From Amphiscolops sp. MND2022 (Eukaryota), in NCBI GenBank assembly GCA_964187785.1, contig OZ076409.1, positions 58,344,001 to 58,408,000 on the forward strand: a stretch of DNA of 64,000 nt, in the 5' to 3' direction. The notes under the pieces are model-generated. The model was not told the origin of the DNA and made no database searches. It saw nothing but the letters and a program-made list of their open reading frames with translations. Below are positions 52,601 through 62,775 of this stretch, in pieces (positions within the stretch are counted from its first letter, which is position 1; every line of letters begins with the position of its first letter). A program made the translations under genes and the position numbers.

Positions 52601-54904
52601 ATGCATAAATTATCAGCAGTACTAACAAGGAATATATATGTATAATATATATCACGATTATTGAAGGCTTAAAATGTGTTGAGTTTTCTGTGTTGAGTTT
52701 TCGTGTGTTGAGTTTTCTTGTGTTGAGCTTTCTGTGTTGAGTTTTCTTGTGTTGAGTTTTCTTGTGTTGAGTTTTCTGGTAATCGAATATTCTGAACACA
52801 CCATGCGCAAATGGAATTTTCCTTTCAATATTTGTGTAATAGAAATCTAAGGTTCTTGTTTTCGAAGACCATGGTATAGTGTTTAAAGCATTAGGCCTGT
52901 GCTCGTGCGGAGTGAGGTTCGAACTGCTGACAATTCAGCATTGTTGGGGATCAAGCTTGCTCTTATTCCATAGCTTCGTGATATGGTGTTGAAAAAAGGA
53001 GAAAACTAATGGCCGACGAAAAATTCTGAAAAAAAACAATCGCTGGCATTTTAACTTTGTGACTTAGAGCAAAGGCAACTTTTTCAAAATCACAGCTTCA
53101 TGGTCAAATTCGATTGATCATGTGGTTGCAACTATGGTATCTTGTTAGGGAGGACTTCGGAAATCAAAAATGGGCCAATACCATGATCGAGTTTCTCGAC
53201 ATTGTGAACGTCACATCATAGAAATCTGTTAATGAGTTCTATTAGAAAAACGAAATTTGTCTCTTGTGAGATTTCTATTGCTATGAAATAACCAAATAAG
53301 CAACAATTCAAGGAATGGTTCTTCAGAGTCGAATTATGTAGGATCGAAAAATGTGGAAAATTATCTAGGATCGAATTGTGTTTTGATTTTATCTAGGATC
53401 GAAAGAAGTGGCAATTTCATTCATATTATACCATTGGTATAGTGCCCTGTAAAATTCGCCCCAAAATAGTACGACCCTGGACATTTCAGTTGCAATTTTC
53501 GATTCTAAATAATTCGACGCTGGAGAGGCAATTCCAATTGAAGTCACCGGCCTTCTAGCTACCCTTCTATTTACTTCTGGCAGACATTGTGTGCCGAATG
53601 AAGAGACCCGTTGAAATTGGCATTTTTTTCATTTTTCAAGAAAAAAAAGAAAGGTTTTCAAAAATCCTATTTTTCCAACGGCCTCAGAAAATGTTGTACC
53701 GAAAAGCTGTGCCATCTCTGTGATCATACCTTTTAGGTTCCAATACTGTATTCATTACAACTTTTTTGAACTGTTTCAGTAGCAAGAGAATAATTAAATC
53801 CCTGAAAGCTACAACATTCTGTTTGTCTTCGAGACTCATGTGAATGATCATTTCGAAAACAGATGACAGAAAAAAATGTATTGATCATTTCAATTTCTAA
53901 GTCACCAAATAGAACCGATTGTAATTGTAGCAGCATGAAAAACCATTTTCTAGTAAAGGTGTATGTTCTGGACTCCAAATTTTTAGGCGGTTACCTACAT
54001 ACTAGAAACTAGACCAGTTAACCAGTTAACCAATTAAACTGTTAATTAATTCTTAACTGATTAAAATTTAAAGCAGAAAAAAAATTTCAAAATTCAAAGC
54101 AGAAAGGAGTTTACCTTTGGACCCGAGCCAATTAATGACCGGATGCTCTTTTAGGTTTCTTAAAATTTCCCTAATGAATTGTCTAAACCTAATTGAAAAT
54201 CGCAGCTGTGACAAAGTTTTTCAAGAGGCAGCTGTATTAGTCAGATCATACAAAAAAACTAATCAAGCTGAACAAGATTACATAATAACGTAATACTAAG
54301 CTTGCATAAGAAGAAGTCAACACTCTCTACAATGGTGAACGAATGCTATGCCGGTTTACCAATTAACCGACTATTTCAAACGAATATTCGATTAAGCTAA
54401 AATTATAACTGGTGCAAGACCTACCACCTTTTCTATGAGAGTTAATTGCAGAGAAGTACTTGCACCATGTGAGCACGTTACAGACGTTGAATGTGCTTTC
54501 AAACATCAACCACCATAAATAGACAAGTTTGCATCAACATTGCTATCAAAGTTGATCGAAATATATTTGGAACCTCCGAATTTTGTACAGCCACATCTGT
54601 ACCCTGACTAAGAAATCTTTGCTACTTTCGGGTCCCAGCTCCGACAAATCTCGAAATCTCTGGTCTAGTTCTGGGATCAAACCCGGGGTTGAGCAACTAT
54701 TATTTTTCTTTATTTCTCTGAAACAAACGTGCTTATATTTTTTGAAAATTCCTTTCCATCAATTTGAAATTGTTTGTGTTTAGATTTTACAACTGCACCA
54801 ACAAAGACATTTTCTTTGAGAGTTGTGGCATAGCTGATCTGGTCGCCACTTGTTTCGGAGGCCAACCTGCTAAGTTGGGAAAATTATTCGTTGATACTGG
54901 GAAG
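31656..54904 (+). CDS. GPD1: Glycerol-3-phosphate dehydrogenase [NAD+], GPD1/GPD1L family; exons 31656-31693, 32242-32434, 41324-41464, 42346-42478, 49005-49227, 54784-54904; remaining exons lie beyond the window
   Basis: The spliced frame (GT-AG, phases 2,0,0,1,2,0) gives [20 protein letters not shown]...MWIFEE...HENVKYL...LIFVLPHE...ISLCKG...[10 protein letters not shown]...ETTI...[11 protein letters not shown]...[14 protein letters not shown]...[17 protein letters not shown]...TGK. These are diagnostic GPD1 motifs. Confidence 0.95.
33406..39351 (+). mobile_element. Full-length degenerate Ty3/Gypsy (Mag-like) element in GPD1 intron 2, sense orientation
   Basis: 214-bp LTRs at 33406-33619 and 39138-39351 (about 6 mismatches); TSD GACAT; PBS tggcgcaatcagc; PPT ggaggagggggaa. 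Gag has a double knuckle, followed by protease DTGS, RT (LDARKLN, WLDDII), RNase H (TTDACNTG) and integrase (LHFGHPG, SDNGSAF). Multiple frameshifts. Confidence 0.95.
39625..41136 (+). mobile_element. Degenerate/composite Helentron-like non-autonomous element
   Basis: Starts tttttattcggcgcttttcggggaaaaacaccgactatagcag and ends ccgttcccggcttgtt, the same termini as 18249-19268. The interior is heterogeneous. Confidence 0.55.
42672..48706 (-). mobile_element. Full-length degenerate Ty3/Gypsy (Mag-like) element in GPD1 intron 4, antisense
   Basis: 206-bp LTRs at 42672-42877 and 48501-48706 (about 4 mismatches); TSD GTTAC; PBS tggcgcagccaac; PPT agagggggaaa. Motifs: gag [29 protein letters not shown], protease IIDSGS, RT WLDDIL, RNase H TDHQAL, integrase LHKGHPA, LDFIGP, TDKASAF. 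Confidence 0.95.
51372..52784 (+). mobile_element. Mutator-like (MULE) DNA transposon remnant in GPD1 intron 5
   Basis: 8-bp TSD GAATATTC (51364-51371, 52785-52792). TIRs are built of tandem agaaaactcaacac units. Truncated transposase at 51672-52341 with CDGTF...QLYTIHG...LTDFEKA...GCFFHLCQ. Confidence 0.88.
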
Positions 54905-55534
54905 GTCAGTGGCGATACTACTTTTAAAATGTACTTAACGCTGAAGGGTTCCCAGAGTCTGGCATTTTGAATATCTTACCAAGAGCTTGTTGTTTGGTTA
55001 ACTTGGTAAAATCATGAACTCCGTCATACATATTCAGCCATTTCAATATAACAAAAGTAAATCATTGACACCAGAGCAGTATCCAAACTCAATGGTTATT
55101 TCAATAACCATTAAACCATGATTTTTTTGTTTGATTTTACAAAACGGAGATTTCTTTTTCAAAAACGGAGAACACCGTTTTTCAGTCGGCGCTTCATGAA
55201 ACAAAATGGAACAACTATGATGATTTTCCGTTTGCTTATTTTCTACGAAAAGTTTTAGAAACTTATGATCTAAAGAAGGTCAAAAAGGTTCAAAGAGTCC
55301 TTCCATTTCATTTTTCAATCTTTTCATTCAAATTACAAAGCAAAGTATAGTCAGTACATTAAAGATGTGCCCCGAAGGGTCCTCTTGAAATTTTTTATGT
55401 TATTGTAATTTTTTGAAACTATCCGAGAGCATTTCCTCGAAGATTTGAAGTGCTTTGGACTTTTTTAGCTTTAAGGGGGGCGTTGACTTCTGTCACGCAC
55501 GACGTATTGCAAACTTACACTGAAGATGAAGATG

Positions 55535-56738
55535 AACAAAGTCGGCGCTAAATCTAAAGCTCAAAAAGCGCAAAGTTTTTTCTATATGCCCAGGGCATTT
55601 TTATGAAAAGCTCAGAAAAAATTCGAGACATCCAAAGAATCCATGCTCGATAAGACTCCAACTAGAAACAAAAACGTTTTTGAAGAAAAATCGGATTCTT
55701 CGAAACGGTCGCATAGTGCCGGAAAAACGACGGTCTTAAAGAAAATTCGGATATAGCGCGTGCTGGTTCACTGAGAAAACCAAATTTCAAAACGAAAAAA
55801 TAATCATTTTGAAAAATCTCAATGTTATTTGTAAATCCAGTTTGTTGTAAAATATCAAAAAAAATGAAGGGTGACCCTTTGGTGCAATCAAAAACTTTTC
55901 AAAAAAAGTCTCATAGTGCCGAAAAAAATCGAAGGTAAAAACACCAAAAAGATAGCCAAAGGGGTTATCCTTAGTATCTTTCCGAGGTTATGAACGTCGG
56001 TTTTGTTTTGGACGAAGTTCTGACTGACGTTTCCAATATGTTTTGGACATGCGTAGTTAGGTTGAATAAATGAACAAAACAGTTCACCTTACGCGTATTA
56101 AAAAACGAGACGGGAACGTCTAAAGTCGCCGCTATCTCTAAGGCTCAAAAAGCGCAGTTTTTGAAATATGCGTGGGATGTTTTCATGAAAACTCCTGTTT
56201 TCGAACCTCTGCCTCTGCCTCAGTAAAACGCAATAAAATTCGCATAAAACTTCGGATATAGCGCTTTACTCGGGTAAGACGTCAAAATTTCGGATAGTAT
56301 TGAAAAAATTTTACTGTGGGTATATATTGAGAATTCAATTTCAGACTGAAAAAGAAAATTTTGAAACAGTCTCATTGTGCCGAAAAATTTAAAAGGGAGA
56401 TCCTTTGTGCTTTTGGAAACTCCAGTTGGCTACAAAATATTAAAAACATCTGAGGGGCGGCCCTTTAGAGACAAAAAAAATCAAAAAAAGTTGCGCAGTG
56501 CCGAAAAAATTCAAATGAGGCCCTATAGTCTCGTCCGGATTTGTATCTTATGTTAAAATGGAATAAATGAAAGAGGATCCTTAGAACTAACTTAGATGCG
56601 TTTCCGCTCGCCGGTCAAGTAGTTTAGTAGTTCTGTACAAAATGTCCACTACGCATACATTCTGTGGTCTGACGAAAAAAATTTAGTCACTGTAATAGTC
56701 GGGCTTTTTTCCTTGAAGGAAAATACGCCGACTAAAAA
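55535..56738 (-). mobile_element. Composite/tandem Helentron-like non-autonomous element
   Basis: Family 3'-end motifs at 55535 (aacaaagtcggcgct) and about 56103 (gacgggaacgtctaaagtcgccgc). Family 5' end at agtcactgtaatagtcgggc...cgccgactaaaaa. Confidence 0.6.
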
Positions 56739-59089
56739 CCACCCACTGTAACAGTCGGGCACTTTTCTTCAATTCTATTAGAAAGTTTTTCACGTAGCTA
56801 AATGTTTTGTTTCAATTATGTGGATCTTTAATTGTCTGGAGTTGTACATGAGACATCGTGCCAATACTATGACCTCCACAATTGCCGTAACATACGGATC
56901 TAGACAGGGAGACCATTATTGTTTTTTAACATAGAACTCTAAATGCTGTCAATTTGTGTTATTGTGTCATACCATAGGTACTGATCATTTAACTTGAAAT
57001 ATACTGAAGTTTAGTTGATAAAGAAGATACAGTTTATTCTTCTAGAATAGAGGACCTTTTTACCGTATAGAACGAGATTACCACAGTACAAACTTGTGTG
57101 GAAAATTTAGTTTTTGGCGTCTCCAAGAATGCATCGCGTTTGCGCGAAGTACATATGATAGATTGAACTGTGTTAACCACGTTTTCAGACCGCCGGAACA
57201 GTGAAAACATCTGAACAGGCTGACAATAGCATGCTTCAGTGTGGCTTATTTGGCAAACTAGGTTTACTTAGTAAACGAAACTTCTTAGGCAAAATTAACG
57301 AGCTAGTGAGTGACGTCAGTGATGAAGTAATTCGAATCGACTAAGTCAGAGTTGAATCTCTGAGAGCGAATTTTGCTTAAGAGCAAAAAGATTCTAAGAT
57401 ACACTATGAAAAACCAAACATCACAAATCTTTAAACCCCCCCCAAACGGTTTTTCTCAAAGACTATTTATCGTAGGGACTTGAAATTTGGCACACGTATA
57501 CCTGAGCTGTTATGCTACTGATCCATAAAAACGGAACCGAGCCGAAGCCCCCCAGCCCCGGGCTATTAGCACCGGAAGTGACCTAGGTCGACCCCCCCAC
57601 GAACTCATCGGCCAAGCACGGAATAAGTCATGTAATACATGGAATCAATAGCCCATAGGATAAGAGGCCGTTTGCGCATATTTTTGGAACCCTATGACGC
57701 GTGTAGGAGGAGTACGGACCCTCAGTAAATAAACCTCGAATGTTATGTAAATAGTCAGCGGATGACCGGAAGATCATGAAACTTGCCCAAGATGATCAGC
57801 TAGCAACTCTAAGTAAAATACATGAAAGATACATTAATCGACTCACCACGCAGGGAATAATGTTTGTTTAAGGCACGCGGGACCGGACGCGCGGGCCCGA
57901 CCGATAAAAGACATTTGACCTTGGCTCGTAATACCTCAAACAAACCGGAACGATGAATGTAGTCGATTACAAACAAGAATGGAAACGTATTTGTAACCCA
58001 TGCGGGGGTAGCCGCCTTAAGTAAACAAACGATACGCATATCATGTAACTCGAAGACCATTGACCCTAGGATGACATAACTTGGCAGGTAGTAACACTGG
58101 ATGAAGACAAATAACTTCAAGGTCACCGATGGACCTCAAGGTCACTTTAGATGCAATCTCTGAATATATGGAAAAACTTACGATAAAACATGTATATCAG
58201 CGTCTTTAGGTGATAATTTATGCAATTCAGCCAGGCGGAACGATTCGCGATGCATTGCGCCCGAAAGGACGGAAAAGTACCCCTTACGCGTATAGAGCAT
58301 GTAAACCATGTAATTGAAGGTCATTGAACGATTGGCTCGATATTAGAAATATCTTGGGTGACTTGAATTATTATTGAAATGTGAACTTTGTACAACCTTT
58401 GTTGAAGTATTTGTCGTTGGCGGCGAAGAATGTTTAGTCGAAGTATAACTAGGGCGCTGCCATGCCATTAAAGGAATGGAGCTACATGAAGTTAAAAGCA
58501 TGCAAATAAAAGAGCGACATCGGTACAACTAAAATGCGGGCGATGAACAAATATAATTGAGGCGGATTCGGAATATACTGGAAGACACAACCGAGTTAGA
58601 GAGCTACAAGCAAGTCGAGCCTCGAGACGGGGGCAAGAAACTTGGCTTCGCTGTAAGAACTGGTTTGTCGTTAGCTCTAGCAATTGAACTTGAACAAGTC
58701 CGGGACTTGTGTTTTGCGCATCGAATTAGTTGACTGAATCGTGGACCTAAGCTTTAGCCAATTTGTTAACTTGATTTGATATTCTTGACGAGACGATTTG
58801 ATTATAGTTATTAGAAGTTAATTGGATTATTGAACATCTCTTCGTGATAGATTGACTTGAGCCGAAAAACTTGAGCACTGGAGAGACTTTGGATAAGTGA
58901 GAACACGATAGAAATAACCGAACTTACTCACCAAAAATCCTTTTTCTGATAGAGTTAGATTCTTGGGAAAATCTCTCCGCCCTCGAATTCTAAATTTTCT
59001 ACAGTGGCGCTCCTGGGTGGGCATTTCGTTAATTTGCTATCGTGTTACAACTTGTTACTTTGATTTTGCTTTTACTGGCTGTTTGGGAG

Positions 59090-59989
59090 ATGAACCCAAA
59101 CGAGAAACGAGATTTGCTGGAAGTGGCCATGCAGGCCGTTGGAAGGGTGCTGAACGATCAGCAGAACCGTATGTTCAGCAATGGAGCCCTCAGACCAGAT
59201 CGATTCCCCTCTGATGCCTTTCCAAACTGGGTCCAATGGAAACTACACTTCGTTGCAGTGGCAGAGACTAACCGGTGGACCCAAATACAAGCTATTAATG
59301 CACTTCCAGTTTGTATCAGTGGGAATGCGCTAGATGAGTTTCATGCTGCACCGGCCGAGCTGAAACAGCATGTCAACGGAGAACCAGTCCCCACGTTGCA
59401 GGCACTCTTTGAACATTTGGACAGAGCCTTGGGTGTGCTGCGAAACGACCGAAGGGGGAGAAGTGAGTTTGAAGCACTGGCGCAGAAAGGGGATGAGAGC
59501 CTCAGGAACTTCGCGCGCAGAGTGCGGAATACCGGCCTGTTAGTGTACGCCAACGTGGATGCTGAACAACGAGATGAACTGTTTCGTGAGCGTTTCGTTG
59601 AAGGTTTGTCTAATCCGGAGCTGCTCGAAGTATTACTAACAGAAGACAACAGGACCTTCAGGGAGACAGTTGATAGAGCGGTTGCCTTAGAAAATATTGC
59701 CGAATCTCTACGCAGCCGACCCAACAAGCGCGTAGATGCAATCAGGATGACTCAAGAGGCGGGTACAATGAACAGCATCTCGGAGATGAACAAGATGAAA
59801 CAGCAACTGAAAAGATTGACTGATGAAATGAACAGTCTGACAGACATGATGACCCAATTTGTCAAAACGGTGACCCCAGTGCAGTTTATTGGTGCCTCCC
59901 AAACAAGAAAGCCAGTTCGATGTTATGTGTGCGGGGTAGATGGACACATTGCAGGGAAATGCCCACGAAGACGCAGTCATTTAAACTAG
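59090..59989 (+). CDS. Retrotransposon Gag with a C-terminal CCHC zinc knuckle (299 aa from the ATG)
   Basis: Uninterrupted ORF MNPNEKRDLL..., with a capsid-like segment (W..HF..VA..NRW; Q.GDESLRNFA), a coiled coil and CYVCGVDGHIAGKC. It lies just after the PBS. Confidence 0.9.
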   Translation: MNPNEKRDLLEVAMQAVGRVLNDQQNRMFSNGALRPDRFPSDAFPNWVQWKLHFVAVAETNRWTQIQAINALPVCISGNALDEFHAAPAELKQHVNGEPVPTLQALFEHLDRALGVLRNDRRGRSEFEALAQKGDESLRNFARRVRNTGLLVYANVDAEQRDELFRERFVEGLSNPELLEVLLTEDNRTFRETVDRAVALENIAESLRSRPNKRVDAIRMTQEAGTMNSISEMNKMKQQLKRLTDEMNSLTDMMTQFVKTVTPVQFIGASQTRKPVRCYVCGVDGHIAGKCPRRRSHLN

Positions 59990-60035
59990 TGGTGGCCGGG
60001 GGACCACCGCAGGAGTTAATTCTCCCGGCCGCACC
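59980..60035 (+). promoter_or_regulatory. Putative -1 programmed ribosomal frameshift signal
   Basis: T TTA AAC heptamer in the correct phase directly before the gag TAG. It is followed by GC-rich ggtggccgggggaccacc...ctcccggccgcacc, which can form alternative stems or a pseudoknot. The -1 frame is open to 60447. Confidence 0.7.
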
Positions 60036-61798
60036 AACAGGAACCCTATCGCAACAACAGGCAAAGGCAATTGTGAAAGCTGCAGCAGGGAGATTAGCTG
60101 TAAAAGCAGTACGCCACGGAGGAGCCAATGACCAGTATCGAGACGAACAGATGCACGTGGAAAGATTAGGAGTGGCCCGTGAAAAACTGTGTCCGAGAAA
60201 CGGCTTAACTCGACAACCTGGTACACTTGCGTCGCAGGTGGATCAATTCTGCACGGTGCGAGAGGCGATAACGACGACACGAAGTCATGATTTCGAGCGT
60301 GAATGGGAGGCTGTATTGCTCCCGGACAATTGTTTTTGCGAGGCGGCGACTTCTGCAAATGCAAGTGATGATCGAGTTTTGGCAAAACCCAAGTACTCAG
60401 CTGTGGGATTCGATGCAGAAGGAAGTGTGCGCCTCACACAGCTGTGATGACGTGTTCTCCATTGACGAACGACTTTGAAGTGCTTGTTCGGAGTCGAGAG
60501 ACCGTTGTTGAAGATATAAACTGGGAACAGGGGCAGTTGACAGAAGTGTTGGTCGTCGAACATCAACACCAGAGACTGATGGAGGAGCGTTGGAATCCAG
60601 CAACTTCCGCTGTGAAAGACGTTGACGATGCAATGATAGATGAAATGTTGAAAGCGATTGAAGAGTTCGATGAATCACATGACCTGTCCGAGGAGGATGA
60701 AGCAATCATTGACGCTCTATTAGAAGAATTGGATCTGGAAAACGCAGACCACGACACGAAGAGAGAGGCGGACGGTCTGAGCTTCTTGAATTGGAAGGAG
60801 GCATTGTATATGGCAATGGTGTTCACAAGATGTTGACTGAAAGTGTCTGTGATGTCACCAAGGCAACCGGCAGATCAGAGACGGACATCGAAGCAGAAGG
60901 GAAGTGCTTCTTCCCAAGTACTGAAGCGAAAGGCAGTCTTGAGCGACATTGCTGCCACACCCTTGATTAAGCTATCCCCCAACGCCCAGCTCTCACCCAG
61001 AGAAGGCGATTCTGGGTACCCCACAGGAAGCATTGTAGGCGCAGAACGGAAGGTCAGCAAATGGGATTGCAACGACGGAGTTGGCCGACCCACCGAAAGC
61101 ATGGCAGATGGAAAGCTGTCCAACAGATGGGTCAACCGCCGCAGCTGCAACTGAGATCAGATGGGGCACGTCGCTGGCGCAGTCAGAGGAAGAGAGTGAA
61201 GTGGAAAAGCGGAAAGCGAGCTGACGGCAAAGCGTGCCCACCAGACGACGCGGCGATGTACGTGAAACTCCATCCACCGAACACTTGAGTATTAAATTTG
61301 ACAAAACTGATTAGGAAACACTAACATTTTCCTTTTAAATTTATTTGTTAAATCAGTATATTTCTTGCTGCCGGGCAGATTGAAGTCGCCGAAGCTAAGT
61401 TATGCAAGATGATGAGACTGTTTTCAAGAGTAACTTTGCTTGGACTCGAGGCCGAACTTCGAAAAACCCGTTTCTTGTTTTGAGTTTCTTTTTCTTTAAA
61501 TTTTCCGACCCAACCCTGACCCTAACAGATTACATTTATGAAAGCGCCTATGAACATACCCGCACCCCTCTCTCGCGACCCCTACCCTAGTGCTACACTC
61601 CTTGTTGTTTTGTTAGGTGCAACAAATAACCCCAACCAATCCAAACTTATCCTCGAACATGTAAATTAGGATCGGTAGCACTCGTCCTTTACGCATTGCC
61701 AAAAAGAAAAGATGCAATAAATTATTTTAGTAGGTTAATAGGAATGAAGTATGAAAGATGAAATTAGTGTGAAAATGATAGTTTTTGTACAAATGAAT

Positions 61799-62110
61799 TC
61801 AAGATAAGAAGTCTGGAGGGGTCGTTTTCTTGAAAACTCTGTGCAACGTTCGTCGGGCCAATCGGAGCCGAATCGTCTGACCCTCGACGTTTTCCCCTGG
61901 GATCGGGATATTCAGCAGGAACAGGGCAAATTCGACCCAACCAGGCGACAGATATTCTAGTAAAAACTGCTCGCCATCCTCCAATACCATTTTGACATCG
62001 TAACCACCGTCCACACTCAGGCTCTGAGTAGAGAAAGCCCTTCGATAGTAGAGCGACGCCCATCGCAGTCGTATTAGGATATTCTCGTGCACCATGGTTC
62101 TCACTCATCA
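61799..62110 (-). CDS. Hypothetical antisense accessory ORF of the LTR element (~100 aa)
   Basis: ORF track 61799-62104, with in-frame ATGs nearby; protein-like composition (YDVKMVLEDGEQFLLEYLSPGWVEFALFLL). No recognised homology. Confidence 0.35.
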
Positions 62111-62472
62111 CGAAATTTTGTAAGAGACGTAAAACTTTGAAAGATGTAAAGTAGAATTTTGTAGTTCGGAAACGTCGAGTTGGCGAAAGCTGTTGGTGAA
62201 GAGTAAATTTGCTAAGTAAACAAAACATTCGACAGCGAGAAATCCACCTCATGTAATCTTTGATTCTTGACGAACTTTAAGACGTGAATAACATAACAAG
62301 CAAGTAAGGAATTAGAAAGTCCGTACCCGAGTGTTGCCGATATAGAATAAGACCACAGGAAAATCTTTGTTTACCCTCTAAATAGCTCTCTAAATAAAAG
62401 TTGGATAAAGAAACGCATCTATCATAAGGAATTACCCGTCGTTTGATACCTATTGTTCTTGCAATTGCATAG

Positions 62473-62775
62473 ATGGCTTTCGGAAAACTTTTCTTTGACT
62501 GGCCCCTACCGGACCGAACCAGACCGGTAAGATTGGATCGAATTAGGTGCTCATTCGGTGGAGAACCTATCGTCGTCGACATTTTCTGTCGTGATTTCCA
62601 TCGCCAAGAAGTAATTACAATACCGCCGAGGACAATGCTGTGGAATGAATTGTTTGCTTTGCTGTGGGACTGGGCGATAGTACGAACCCATCAACAAGAT
62701 CAAGAGATTGAGGATGTCATCAATTTAATAGACTATATGAGCGACTTCATAAGACCCCCCCTTGTGCGTCAATGA
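62473..62775 (+). CDS. Hypothetical accessory ORF of the LTR element (100 aa)
   Basis: ATG-initiated, globular-looking ORF between the gag region and the PPT. No recognised homology. Confidence 0.4.
   Translation: MAFGKLFFDWPLPDRTRPVRLDRIRCSFGGEPIVVDIFCRDFHRQEVITIPPRTMLWNELFALLWDWAIVRTHQQDQEIEDVINLIDYMSDFIRPPLVRQ

Noticed and set aside
52512..52799. ORF with repeated KTQHK/RKLNT
   Set aside because: It is a translation of the MULE tandem-repeat TIR.
60444..60836. Env or pol assignment for the acidic ORF in the long-LTR element
   Set aside because: No signal peptide, furin site or transmembrane anchor, and no catalytic pol motifs; left as unknown.
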